A DNA stretch of 63,798 nucleotides, counting the filler, from Pelomyxa schiedti (taxonomy: Eukaryota; Protista; Evosea), in assembly GCA_020536535.1 (NCBI GenBank). It is 10 parts of 10 records of this genome, joined end to end, with 100 filler letters (N's around TTAATTAATTAA, not from the genome) between each part and the next. Parts side by side here need not be neighbours in the genome. Positions count along the whole stretch, not along the records: positions 1 to 19,240 come from JAHLWZ010000523.1; positions 19,341 to 20,492 come from JAHLWZ010002759.1; positions 20,593 to 40,056 come from JAHLWZ010000689.1; 7 more parts are not named here. The stretch is one strand, 5' to 3'. The notes beneath the pieces are model-generated. The model did no database searches. It was not told the origin of the DNA and saw only the letters and a list, made by a program, of their open reading frames with translations. Below are positions 12,477 through 25,145 of this stretch, one piece after another. The position numbers were made by a program, and so were the translations under genes. Numbering within the stretch: position 1 is the stretch's first letter; the number at the start of each line of letters is the position of its first letter.

Positions 12477-15250
12477 TTAGTGGCTGGTGTTTTTATTGCA
12501 CCCAGGTGTTTTGGTATCACAGTTGTTGACACTCTTGGTTGTGGGAACTGTGCCGTAATTCCTCAGTGGTGTTGATGGATTTACTATGCTATCGTTGCAG
12601 CAGTACTCCTCTGGTCCCATGGGTGTTTTGGGATCGATATGCACATCTGTCAGTTCCTGGGTGTTTACTTTGTTGGAATCTCGATCCCCGAGTGCACTGA
12701 TGCCCTCAAGCAAGCAAATGTTACTTTCACCTTGAAAGATTGCTCCGCAGGTAGTAGTAGTCGTAGTATATGTTGGTGGATGTCGAGTTATGAGATGCTG
12801 GCGTTTGTCGGCACAATAGGTGGTCAGAATTGTCACAATTTCAGTGAATGTGGGTCTGACTTTGGGATCTTGGGCCCAGCAGCGAACAAGCTATAGGATA
12901 AGGAATTAATGTAAAGTAAGATGGAGTTTGTACAAACAGACCAACGTTTCCATCTCCAGGTCTGCCTCGTGTGGAATTGATGGCCGGTACTGCTGTTTTG
13001 CTGCCTCGATAAACCATTGATGGCGTTGTTCCACAGGGATATTCTGCAGCTCTTTGCTGAATGGATGATCACCATGGTTGAGTAGCACCCAAAGCACCAT
13101 AGAAAATGAAAACACATCATATTGTTCTGGGTAACTTCAGCAACAGAATTACAAAAAAAAATTGTTTCTTACGGGTGTATTCTGCACCAGATACAATAAC
13201 CTCTGGGGCCTGTGGTGGAGTGAGCTTTACTGTATCTTCAGTGAAGAAAGTACAAGTAAAATGGTACCGAAAATACAGGAGTTGTGCCGGCAGTAGAATG
13301 ACATGAAGAAGAATGCTTCAAGTCAATTGCACTCCCAAAATCACAAATCTTACAGCAAAAATTTTTATCCACAAGAATATTTTCAGGCTACAATAATGTT
13401 AAGCATGCTGCATCTGAAAGCCGGTATTACCTTGAGATCCCTGTGGATCAAATTCTTTGAGTGAACAAAGGCCATTCCAGTGGCAACATCCAATGCCATT
13501 CTGACCCTTTCACACAATTCCAAAGAGAGTTCTTTCTTATTGCTCAATACTTTCCGCAAGCTGCCCTTCTCTGCAAAATCAAGAACAATTCCAAGTTCAT
13601 TTGTAATTTTTGTCCAACCCCATAAATTGATAATATTGCGGTGCCAAAGTTGTCCAAGACGCTGGAAGGCTGGAAGTACGAAAAGTGGGGTGAAAGGTTT
13701 GTATACCAAAATTTCGTTTTTTTCTTCCCCTCTTGGTTGTGCCTTTAAAATCTTCACAGCTACTTGGTGGTTTCTTCCTTTCTTGTCTTTGAAGGCATTA
13801 AATCGCAAGAGAGAATGAGATGGCTCCCACCAATTGTTGCAGAGTATACAGTCCCATAGCTGCCTGAACCAATTATCTTTAAGTTCTGAAGCCCACGAAC
13901 TTCCTGTAAAATAGATGAATCAACAGGCGGTGTAGTGTAGTGTTAAGGAAAACCTTGAATGCAGGATCCTTTGTAATGTCCTCCTCACAACACTGTGCAA
14001 ATGACAAACCTTTAAAAGAGAAAAAAAAGCAATTAAAGGCACAGACCTCGCATGGCTTTTGTTTGTGCAGGACAAAAACAGCAACCACAATTGCATAACA
14101 AGGCATCACCTCCTTTGCCATTGAGGAATAATTATTCGCCTTCCCCGACATGGGTGACATTGGCCATATAGCTGTGACAAGGTCATTCACTGAAATAAAC
14201 TGTAAGCCAGGGTTCTCAACTGGAGAGTCATACGTGCTCTATAGAGACATCCAATACTTATTAAGACTAAAAGTACTAAGAGAATCTTTGACTTCTTCTC
14301 AACTAGTTCCTGGTAGCATTGCCGGGTTATCTACAGGTGTTAATTTATATATACTCTAGCATGGAGGGATCACCCGATATCCAGCGAATGCCACAATGAG
14401 GAAAGAAATTGTAACTACCAGGAGAAGTGTATCTGTGAAGCAGTTGATCAACAAGGAACCGGGGATACAAAAGTACTGTCTAAGACATCCACGGGATCTG
14501 AGCACTCGCAGTAAAAATTTGAGCTGTCACTGTGGTTGTGTGCTTTCCTCTTAAGGTTTCCAGTGACAAGCGCAATGACCGTGACAAGTACATATGTGAA
14601 GATATTCACACCGAGGCTTGTATATCTCCACTTCCACGGTACTCCTCCTTTGTTCACAGCTCTATCTGAGGGAGAGTAAAACCAAATATACAAATCCAAG
14701 AAAAGGTGGGACAAACCGCTTGGATGAAACTTTACATAAATGGCCAAAAGAATGCACCAAACAGCAGAGCAACAACTGCAGGTGGCCAAGTGACTGACAA
14801 GTCCAAATTCAGAATCCCCTGCATATGACAGCTAAGTGTTGTGAGTGATTGGTAAATTCTGAGAAATTGAAAGTTTTAAGGAAAAAAACCAGTTTAACCA
14901 AAAAAAAAAAAAAAAGCCCAAAGTCACTACACAAAAAACAATAACCACTACAACAGCCATATGGCTACCAAGCGAAGCGAGCAAACGGAAGCCACAAAAA
15001 CCAACGACAGAGCAGGCAGCCCAAGTCCTCTCCGGCCAACCATCTTCCAGCCGTGGGCGAATGCAAGTCCGCAAAGCAGCAACAGCAGGCCATATGTGCC
15101 CATCAAGCAGTAGTTGTAGTACAAGTCCACGAGGTCAATCGCAGCAGAACTCTCTGTGCTGCCTCTCTGGGAGGCATTTGACAACGAAGAAGTGGAAGAA
15201 CGCGAATAATAATAACGCAGCTTCGATTTCATATAATATCCTGCTGCCAC
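12477..15250 (-). CDS. Seven-transmembrane (GPCR-like) domain fused to a TKL protein kinase
   Basis: Kinase motifs IGSGSYGTV, VAVKIL, HRDLK/PENIL, CDFG, APE, DVFSF and CWAQDPKVRPTF. Upstream exons splice to give seven hydrophobic segments, the last being KEVMPCYAIVVAVFVL. Confidence 0.8.
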
Positions 15251-15601
15251 CCCTGATTTTTTTACGATTTGGCGTTCTCTCGCGCGGCCGCATCGCCTTT
15301 AAAAACACCACCACTTTTACAATAACGACACCGAAAAGTGGCAACCAACAGTGCAAAACCGCGAACTCACTTGCTCAACTTGGAGGTGCCACGACGCGCA
15401 CAGGCACAAGGCACCCTCAGGGTCTCAGAGAGAAAAGGCCCCAGGCTTGAACCAAGTTGGAGCAGTCCTTGTTCTGCTAACAGCACTTCGGGATTGATGC
15501 ACGATCAAAGGGAATTTGTGATGATGGTCATGATCACGCTGAATCTTTGAGAATGAAGCGGCTGGAGTACCACTCCAGAATTCGGTTGCCTGCTGATCAT
15601 C

Positions 15602-15953
15602 ATGACAGGTCTTGGTGGCAAGTTCTGGGAAGTCACAATTCCTGAAAACGCACTGTACTCACCTGAAGAGCGTGGCCACAATCCACTTGACAATGACTGT
15701 GATGCACGGGGACCGCGGTGCACGAAGAACTGTGTCGGAATTCACTGGAAATGTCTGGTGTGTTTTTGTTGCCAAGCTTCGACTGGTGAACTTATTCACA
15801 AGTTCAACTAGATTTGTCAATTCTATGACATGTGCAAGGCCTGTGAACAGTACCGAGTTCTCTACTGTAAATACTTCACCCACCATACAGTGATCATTTT
15901 TTAACCTAGTTACCCACAGGGGGCACAACTTGACACACCCTGAAACTATATGA
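15602..15953 (+). CDS. Small ZZ-type zinc-finger protein (5' end uncertain)
   Basis: Splicing gives CDARGPRCTKNCVGIHWKCL/ICQFYDMCKACE...HRGHNLTH, which fits the ZZ finger Cys/His pattern. Confidence 0.45.
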
Positions 15954-16072
15954 TTGCAAGTATGCACACACTTGACATATCACCCAGGTTTACCTCAGAC
16001 AATGGTGTCTCTGATGCTGACAACGATTTTAACTTATCATAATTGAGGATAACCACGAAACGACGTTGCATC

Positions 16073-17291
16073 ATGGCCCTTGTAAGGGACTTGTGAGTTT
16101 TTAGTTAGTTAGCAACTGGTTTGTTGACTGACAATGTGTACCGAAGTGATTGCGTGATTAACGTGCGTCTGCTCGGCGATTACGGCGTGGGAAAAAGTGC
16201 ATTTTTCTTTTTTGATATCACAAAGAAAACTTACTTTGTTTGTAGGTTGCTTGCTCCTCCGTTTTGTGGTGTGTGTATGCATCTTTGTGCACAAACAAAC
16301 TGCAGACTATTTTGCGTTTTCAGGAGGACCAATTCCTATCAACCCACATAGCCACCATTGGCGTGGATTTTGTGCGTATTTTATGCGTTGTGCATTCCAT
16401 TTACCACGAGTCCGTTCTCCCACCCTCTCACCAATCATGTTTTTCAAACACAGCAAGTCAGGACAGTCCTGGTGGAATCGAAGATAATTCGAATACACAT
16501 AGTAAGTCCTTTTTTCCTCCCTATCTCCAGGAATACACTCACCTGATGAGATGAAAGTGGGATCTTCTGAATACAGAAAGGTTATTTTGTTGTTGTTATT
16601 CCATAACAACTCAACATGAAATTAGAACTAGAAACTGTACAGTGCAGATATACTGAAATAATTATCCCAATTAACCCTTTGCATTGGAAGTTTACCAGAG
16701 ATGTGACGGACTCATTGTATTGTAGTGTGTACCCCACCCTGTGAAGTACCCAAACCCACCATCAGTATCAGTGATATCACTGATATTAGCAGCTTCCACG
16801 GCGTTTCCAGTTGGTTGGGCGAAGTAGGGCGCTATTTTACAACAACCCCTCAGATAATTCTTGTTGGAACCAAGGTTGGAACTTCCTTCATTTTGTTCAT
16901 TTAATATGAATATCCGAATCTTTCTCTTGCATTTACATCAATCTCCCTGACCAATACCGCTTTCAAAAAATCAAAATTTTACTTATCCCACTCACATTAC
17001 TTCAGCTGGCTTGGCCACCACAAACCGGCAAGTCGAATTCAGCGACGCCAAACAGTTTGCTGACGAAAAAGGGCTCCAGTTGTGGTGCTTTCCTGTAAAA
17101 ATTACTGATAATCACTCCAACTAACAACACAACACAGGGAGACATCATCCAAGGATGGAACAAATGTGGAGGAGGCCATCATGTCACTCATCACTTCCAT
17201 CAAGAGGACCAAGGACTCTGATGAGGAACCAACCAGCACAACAACCCAACAAAGTTTGCTAGTGAAACTCTCTCATTGGTGTGGGTTGTAG
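16073..17291 (+). pseudogene. Divergent Rab1-like GTPase with an apparent 1-nt frameshift
   Basis: Exons give MALVRDFDCVINVRLLGDYGVGKS, CLLLRFV, ATIGVDF, WDLLNTER, IILVGTK and ETSSKDGTNVEEA. The exon near 17006 reads CTGGCTTGG where CTG GAC TTG is expected. Confidence 0.65.
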
Positions 17292-17329
17292 TTGTAGTTC
17301 CAAGAACAGTAATCAGACTGATTCACAAA

Positions 17330-18050
17330 TTAATCCCTGTTTTTGTTTTTGCTGGGTGTTGTGTTGATGGAACCGTAGTCCAACATCTTTACAGGCACAG
17401 TTGTTTGCCTAACTGATACAGATGGGTCTGTCACAGTTGGGCTTGAGAAACTACAACAGTCTTCATCATCCTCTGCTTTTGGTGCTGGATAAACAGCATC
17501 ATCCCCAAGTTCACAAAGTCCAACAAAAACCAGGTTCCTCTCTGGTTTTTGTGCTTCACAGAGAGTGGTGACAGAGATTCTGACCCTAATGCGCTTTGAA
17601 AGTACCGAACTTACAGTATCCAATACTTTCTGCAAGCTGCCTTTTGCAGCAAGATCAAGAACAATCCCCATCCCATGCTTTGGGGATTCAGTCCACTAAG
17701 AGGGGACCCACACTACAAGGGGAAGTGTATCTGTGAAGTATTGTCTGAGACGGACCCAAGATTGTAAAAGTACCATCTAAAACATCCACCTAAAAATGCT
17801 GCCAGGTGACTCACCACTCCGAACACAGAGTCCCCAAATCCAGAGTTATAAATAGGGGCATAGGACACCTACAGGAAATAAATGATTCACCAGGCAAACA
17901 AAAAAGCACATCAAACAAACAAACAAACAAACAAACAAACAAACAAACAAACAAACAAACAAACAAACAAACAAACAAACAAACAAACAAACAAACAAAC
18001 AAGCAAGCACTCATACCAAGCGAAGAACACAAGGGAAGCCACAAAAAACA
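17330..18050 (-). pseudogene. Internally deleted paralog of the 7TM-TKL kinase
   Basis: GIVLDLAAKGSLQKVL matches GIVLDFAEKGSLRKVL at about 13560. Nucleotide blocks at 17715-17740 and 18010-18050 match 14420-14445 and 14960-15005. Confidence 0.65.
17912..18002. repeat. (AAAC)n microsatellite
   Basis: About 22 tandem AAAC units seen directly. Confidence 0.98.
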
Positions 18051-18115
18051 ACGCGGTCATTTAGTGTTTTTTTCCACCAAGTTGGGGATCGGACCTTTTC
18101 CTCGAAAAAAACATA

Positions 18116-18469
18116 ATGATGGTCACATCGTCACTTGGTGGTATCGGTGTCCCATACTCAATCGGGGAGATGAAAAACCTCAAAAAGATACGTAGTCGTA
18201 CTGGGCAAGCTGTTGTTGTCACACCACCACCACAAGGAACAACAAACGGAACTGAAACGACCGCAACAGCAACAGCAACCGCAACGAGAGTTACAGCAAT
18301 GACAGGGCAATGGACAATGAGGGACCAGGTGATGGGGCTGGTTGCGGGAACACACCCTCGCTGCGGTGCGAACGGGCCGCTGTTGCTGATGCTGCGGAGG
18401 AATTCCTGGTTCGACGGTACGCTTGTGGTGAGGCTCCTGTGGGGGTGGCTTATGGATCACTCGAGGTTC
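18116..18469 (+). CDS. Orphan family A, N-terminal fragment cut by a gap
   Basis: Motif MRDQVMGLVAGTHPRCGANGP...LLWGWLM. Confidence 0.6.
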
Positions 18470-18569
18470 NNNNNNNNNNNNNNNNNNNNNNNNNNNNNNN
18501 NNNNNNNNNNNNNNNNNNNNNNNNNNNNNNNNNNNNNNNNNNNNNNNNNNNNNNNNNNNNNNNNNNNNN

Positions 18570-19240
18570 CCCACCTCAGCCCTGAACCAGCTCCAAAGAA
18601 ACCTGTGCTACTTGGTCTGGTTCTTGGAATGCGAAGTGGATTCCTTTTGCACAAGGGACATGCTGCTCCAATGGAAAAGTTCTTCATTAACGGTTATACT
18701 TGTACAAATTAATCCTTTTCTAACCTCTACAACAGGAGGTGGTGATGTGCGGGGATTTGATATTCTTAATCCCATAACTACAACGGCCCCTGTTATGCCC
18801 ATTCCCACCGCGCCGCATCTCCCGCAGGATACAGCCGGCGGTTCTACTGCTGCTCCCGGCCTTCTCTCACTTGGCGGGGATGCTTTTGGCTCACTGGTTG
18901 CTGCCCTCCGCTTACACATTCCCCACCTTGAGCCGCTATGCACCCATGTGTTCTTCAACACTGGGAACCTCATTAACCTCCACCACCCAACTCCTTTGCA
19001 TCATCCCCTTCACCCCACATCCTCCTCAGCTTCTTCTTCTTCCTCACCCTTGTCATCCATGCCAACAACAGCACTCTCAACAATCACAAGTTCACCTCAT
19101 CATGCTGCTACCGGACTCAACAACAGGAATAGTGTGGCCTCAGCAGTGAAGGACCTGGTGCACAACACATGCAGCAGTGTTGGGATTGGGCTGCTGTGGC
19201 CCATGTCTGAAGGTGCCCTTGAGCTCAACCTGTGCAAAAC
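18570..19240 (+). repeat. SAM50: Near-identical second copy of the Sam50 3' half (allele or recent paralog)
   Basis: Matches 7579-8258 with SNPs, 3-nt-multiple indels in coding sequence and a 2-nt deletion confined to the intron. Confidence 0.9.
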
Positions 19241-19340
19241 NNNNNNNNNNNNNNNNNNNNNNNNNNNNNNNNNNNNNNNNNNNNTTAATTAATTAANNNN
19301 NNNNNNNNNNNNNNNNNNNNNNNNNNNNNNNNNNNNNNNN

Positions 19341-19439
19341 GTTAGGAAGGACATCAGAACTGCTGTGTCATTCTACAAGTGGGCCGCAAACATGAATTAT
19401 GCTGATGCCGTTAACACACTTGCTGTTTTACTCGGGTAG
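19341..19439 (+). CDS. C-terminal Sel1-repeat fragment at a contig start
   Basis: VRKDIRTAVSFYKWAANMNYADAVNTLAVLLG*. Confidence 0.55.
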   Translation, partial: VRKDIRTAVSFYKWAANMNYADAVNTLAVLLG

Positions 19440-20592
19440 TGATGTACACCTAGTTTTTTTTGTGTAAAGATCCAACAAAATGCACCTCTCCAACAACGTG
19501 GACCATCAGAACTCTCTTTGTTGCACTGACCAAGTCCCACACCAGCCTCCCAATCAGATATCCATCCCTCTTCAGTGTCTCACTTGTTGTTGTGGCTGTG
19601 GTTGTTATTTTCGTTGTGGCTATTTCCTTTGTTGCTGCTTTGTTCTTTCTCCTTTTTTGGATATTAATAGTTGTTGGTGTTGTTTGTTTTCGTTTCCAAT
19701 TGTATCATCGGCTGCGGCGGGGCGCGACGCGAGGCCAGATCGGCACCGATGCGATGACGCCAAGTTGTTCCAGTGCGCGCCGGGCCGGGGTAGAAACGAA
19801 CGCCGAAATGCGCTTGTGGCGAGGCTTCGATGCCATTCTCAGAATCTGTTAGGACAGCAGTCATCACGAGAATGCCGAGTAGGCGATGAGCACTGTGGAG
19901 GTACAGCACACAAGTTGGGGTGTGCGTGGTGCTGGTCAGGCACGTGGTGGGTCATAATCAACAAGCCTCCAACATTTTCGCTCTTCAAAAAATGACGACG
20001 ACACAACACCCGCGGTGCAGGATGATGATGACTGCAATTTCCTTTTTGGGGAGGGGAAAAGTCGGAGATGCAATTCTCGAGGTGTCAAAGGCGTTCGAGC
20101 ACTTTGAAAGTTGTTGTTTGTCCCACCTTCACTCTATTTAAATATCTAGTCTATGCAGTCTATGTTTTCTGTTTGTCCGAAGTGATACAACTAATTATTT
20201 TTTAGTTTGTGCCAGCTCAAACAAAAAAGAACCAACAGTTGACGATGATAATGTGGAGATGTGTTACCTGCCTGGTTTAATGTTTCTGTACAGCTTGACT
20301 ATTCTCACTAACGACCATGCTGCACTGCACACGCACATTCCCGCGAGTCTGTCAAATTCATTTTCGCGAATCCTCTCTTATTCCCCGTTGGAAATGAGAG
20401 ACTACTGCCAGAGTGTCTCAGAAAACATCAGCATGGCGAGGTATTCAGAAGAGTGGAGTGACATTGTTTCAAGAGAGGAATGCACTCGAAGTNNNNNNNN
20501 NNNNNNNNNNNNNNNNNNNNNNNNNNNNNNNNNNNNTTAATTAATTAANNNNNNNNNNNNNNNNNNNNNNNNNNNNNNNNNNNNNNNNNNNN

Positions 20593-21377
20593 AACAGGGT
20601 GTGGTAGTGCACTACAACTGGTACTAGTACAACAGGTTGTTGTTGCTGAAGTAGTACTACTACTGGAGTTTGTATTAGTATTTGGACTTGAATTTGAGGC
20701 ACTGGGAGTACCCCGTGTAGTGCAATTGCTTGATGACGCCGTGTTTGTTGGTGGCGTTTCGGCGGGTGGTTTTGCGATTATGGGTGTGGCCGGTTGACTT
20801 GGTTCCCCGGACATTGGAAAGGCTTTTTTTCTCGTCGTTCGCGTTTGTGTTGTTGATGGGTTAGGAGAAGCCTCATCAGTATCATCTTGGCGCAACCAGA
20901 ACGTTCAGTTCTGTTATCCCTTGACTGACGGACTGAGAGTGACACATCACTTTCCTTCTTGAGCATTGACCAGTCCATTCCGGAATAGAGTCGAAAATTT
21001 TTTGTGCAACGCAATTTGCCCGCAAAATTGGAGGAACTTTCTTACAAGTCCGTCCCTTCGCGTCTTTTTAAACGGCAAGAAAATACAAATACAAATCACA
21101 AAACAAAAAAAAAAACAAAGCAAACCCAAGAACAACTCAAGAGTCAAACACAATGGTAACCAACACACACTCAACAACAAATTGGCGTTTGCCACACGTT
21201 TTTGATTGTTTTTTTTTTTATTTTAATGTGCAACACCACAGTAAAAGTATGGCGTATTAACGTACAACGTATAGGGCAAGTGGGCAGCACTCGCAGCACA
21301 GAACCACGGAATCCACCTCATCTCCGTCTCTCACGGCCACAACCTCCGCATCGACCCAGCACACCCAACTGAGGTCA
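20593..21377. repeat. Divergent duplicate of 23857-24637 (5' ends of the RNA ligase and beta-trefoil genes)
   Basis: Collinear sequence with SNPs and small indels, ending at a 100-N gap. Confidence 0.9.
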
Positions 21378-21713
21378 NNNNNNNNNNNNNNNNNNNNNNN
21401 NNNNNNNNNNNNNNNNNNNNNNNNNNNNNNNNNNNNNNNNNNNNNNNNNNNNNNNNNNNNNNNNNNNNNNNNNNNNNGGAGTTTAAAGACCACACAATAG
21501 AGAAACCAGTAACAGAGGTGTCACCGACAGAGAATACAAGTGCCCCCGGGTCTCATCAGTGCGGCCTTCAACTCAAGGTACTTGAGTTTTTAGAGCTGTG
21601 ACGTGCCCTTTCTCCTGCGAAAAACCCGTTTATACTTGATTATGGGAAAATGATTCGAAAACCATGAAGTTTTTGTTTTTTTTTTTTTTTTGTGTTGATT
21701 TTGTTGTTATTGG

Positions 21714-24081
21714 TCAGTCTTGTGCGTTTTGCATGAGCCAGATGACAAACCGGCACTGGTCAGAATCCATGTAAGCAAAGTGCATGAGGGATGGATCGCA
21801 GTGGAGTGCGGATCCAAGCCAGTTCATTCCATCGTCATAGGACCACCCCTTCTTGGATATGTACTTGCGTAGAAGGTCGTGTGCCATCAGCCGGAGCCTC
21901 TTTGTTTGCTTCGCGGCTGGTACTCCAAGTGGTTCCCCTTGTTTGAATACTTTCTGGCTGCCGGGAATTTTCCGGAGTGTATCCACTTGATAGGCTTCCA
22001 TTGTGAGGTCACAGTTGCTGTCAGTGCACATCCAGAGGTAGGTTCCTGGTTGGTACACCTTTTTTCCGGGAAGGAATCAGAGTGATGTAGGGGCAACAAT
22101 TGAGAGTACCTTCACATCTCCGGTTCTAAATCCACAATGACAATCTTTCGCAACTGCAAGAGGAACTCGCATTTTCACACAGGTCATAGGTTTGCCACAG
22201 TAGCAGTGCAGGGGCTCACCCGGAGATCTGTCTGCCGGCAAATGAATTGGTGCCAAAGCTGAAAGTTCCGGAACTGTGTCAGCCTGGCAATATCGGGCAT
22301 AAGTTTAACTGTGTATTTATGGTTTGTTACCTGAATCGGGCAAAATATTGTTCCGGGAACAGTGGGGTGACCTGCTCTACGGAGTTTGTCCTGTTCTACC
22401 AGCCGCTTTTCAATAGCACCGGCTGTGGCATTCTTTTTTGGAGGTCTATCACTCGCAAGTACAGCGTTATATAAGTTCTCCCAATAGGTGACTCTTTCTC
22501 TCAGTTTGTCACGTTCGTGAGGAGGAACTGGCAAACAGGGATGACTTTCTGCAAAAACCAACTCCTTCACAAGGGGAAGGGTTTTGTTCGCAATCACTCC
22601 GGCCATGAAGTGCGCATCCACTGACGACCACCCTTTGTACTTCAGGCGGTGCATGAGGAACCACTGGGAGCTCTTCAGTTTGAGCCGGCAGTTGTTGATG
22701 TCGAGCAGAACGACACCCTCGAATCCTATGTATTTGTCACATTGTTCCTGAACGAATGCTTTGGCTTCTGCCATAGTCGTGCATAGTCTTCTCTCTGGGC
22801 GTCTCATGCCGCCAGCAAGGGCCATGGAATCCAATAGATCTTGTTCAGCAACAGCGTGGGTTGGTCTGTGCCACGCTCCAAGAAGAAATACAATCGGTTC
22901 AGTGTAAGGCCTTATCACCTAATGAATTGGGTTTGAGTTATTGTTAAAAAGTGGAAGAAGGATTTTACCTGATTGAAGGGAGAGCACATTTCGAGGCTGT
23001 ATACCCACTGTGGGTCGAGATTTTCAGCGGGTGGCTTGATAAAGTCAAAGACAAGGTCCTGAAAGGTTTTGGGTGATGAGGGGTGAACCGCTTCCCGGCA
23101 AAACGTGTGGCGGTTGGTTACAAGCCACTTTCCTTGGAATTCGAAAAGAAGCAAGAAGGTCCCGTCTTCCTATTGTTATAAAGTAAGAGCACATCGCATC
23201 GGAACTCTCTCGTTACCTTCACTTGCGCTTCAAATGGTTTGCTGAAACAGAACCGTTCCTTAGTTTTACTCTCAATTTCGTAGAACCTGTCAAAGCCCTT
23301 AGACACCACTTTCACAAACCTCAGGCCTTCTCCACCTCTTATTCCAGCACTTCCTCCTCCCTGGTCTCCCATCACAGCCCTTGCGTCGCATACAGCATCA
23401 CAAATAGCACCATCTGACAACTCTCCATCGTCATCAGCTTGCTCGCCAGTATTCCCATCTGTCTGTAAAGAAGAATCAAAATGATAAAGGACATTTTCAT
23501 AAAAATACAAATTCTTCCGGCTCGTATTATAATTCCAGAGGGGAAATATAAATAGAATTTATATATTTATATTCTAATCCAAAAAAAAGGAGGAATTCGG
23601 ACAAACAAACCACAGCGGGTTTCTTCTCAGTCTGAACCACCAATCCTCTGCATTCATTGACAACAGGGTGATTGAATGGGCTCCTCAGCTGGTGATAATT
23701 AAGCACAGCGAGGGGCACGCTGGTGTCAGGGTGTGACAGGCAGTGCAAGTGGAATTTCTTGACCAGCAACTCCAAGTCGTTGCCATTCTCCTGCAGCCAA
23801 GTCTCAACATTCAACACCCCAATAGACCCACTGTCACCACTACTTGAAACACCAAAAACAGGGTGTGGTAGTGCACTACAACTGGTACTAGTACAACAGG
23901 TTGTTGTTGCTGAAGTAGTACTACTACTGGAGTTTGTATTAGTATTTGGACTTGAATTTGAGGCACTGGGAGTACCCTGTGTAGTGCAATTGCTTGTTGA
24001 TGCCGCCGTGTTTGTTGGTGGCGTTTCGGCGGGTGGTTTTGCGATTATGGGTGTGGCCGGTTGACTTGGTTCCCCGGACAT
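21714..24081 (-). CDS. T4 Rnl1-like ATP-dependent RNA ligase with a C-terminal DUF3268-like zinc finger
   Basis: VNECRGLVV, VSKGFDRFY, motif I K/EDGT (Lys codon just before intron 23170-23216), SLEMCSPFNQ, motif IV FEGVVLLD and motif V RLKLKS. C-terminus HCYCGKPM...LWMC...CD...PLG...AHD...WL...HF...DQCRFVI. Confidence 0.85.
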
Positions 24082-24485
24082 TGGAAAGGCTTTTTTTATC
24101 GTCGTTCGGTTTGTGATGGGTTAGGAGAAGCCTCATCAGGATCATCTTGGCGCAACCAGATCGTTCAGTTCTGTTATCCCTTGACTGATGGACTGAGAGT
24201 GACACATCACTTTCCTTCTTGAGCATTGACCAGTCCATTCCGGAATAGAGTCGAAAATTTTTTGTGTAACGCAATTTGCCCGCAAATTTGGAGGAACTTT
24301 CTTACAAGTCCGTCCCTTCGCGTCTTTTTAAACGGCAAGAAAATACAAACACAAATCACAAAACAAAAAAAAAACAAAGCAAACCCAAGAACAACTCAAG
24401 AGTCAAACACAATGGTAACCAACACACACTCAACAACAAATTGGCGTTTGCCACACGTTTTTGATTGTTTTTTTTTTTTATTTTA

Positions 24486-25145
24486 ATGTGCAACACCACA
24501 GTAAAAGTATGGCGTTTTAACGTACAACGTATAGGGCAAGTGGGCAGCACTCGCAGCACAGAACCACGGAATCCACCTCATCTCCGTCTCTCACGGCCAC
24601 AACCTCCGCATCGACCCAGCACACCCAACTGAGGTCAACGCCGACGGCGCCGAGGGCATCTACGCCACATGGATGGTCGAGAAGGTATATCCCCACTCAT
24701 CTACATGTACATTCAACCTAATGTAAATTGACAACTCAAAATCAACGAATGAAAACAAACGCATTAAACAAATACACTAAAACAAAGTCAAATCCAATCC
24801 AATACAATCCAATCAAATCAAATCAAATAAAATAAGTACTCTTCACAGACTAATTTTGTATAACAGGTCGGAAAGAAGACCAAGGAGTTCCGCTTCAGGA
24901 ACAAGTCATCTGGCAAGTACCTCCGCATTGACCCCGCAAACCACAAGCCAGACTGTGAGGGAGTCGGCGGACCCCTCTGCACATTCAAGCTCCACTGGAT
25001 CAACAAGGAGCACTTCATCTGCTGCCTCGAGAGCGTTCAGTTCCACGGAATGCACTTGGGAGTCTTCCCCGATGGAAGGATGAAGCCAGCCAACCTCACC
25101 GCTGAGGGACCCCATGGCCAATGGAGGATCAAGCTCCACGTTTGA
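24486..25145 (+). CDS. Small beta-trefoil protein (fascin/hisactophilin-like), 3 exons
   Basis: Exons 24486-24500, 24535-24684 and 24867-25145. Three internal repeats: HGHNLRID...ATWMVE, SGKYLRID...CTFKLH, HGMHLGVF...GQWRIK. Confidence 0.7.
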
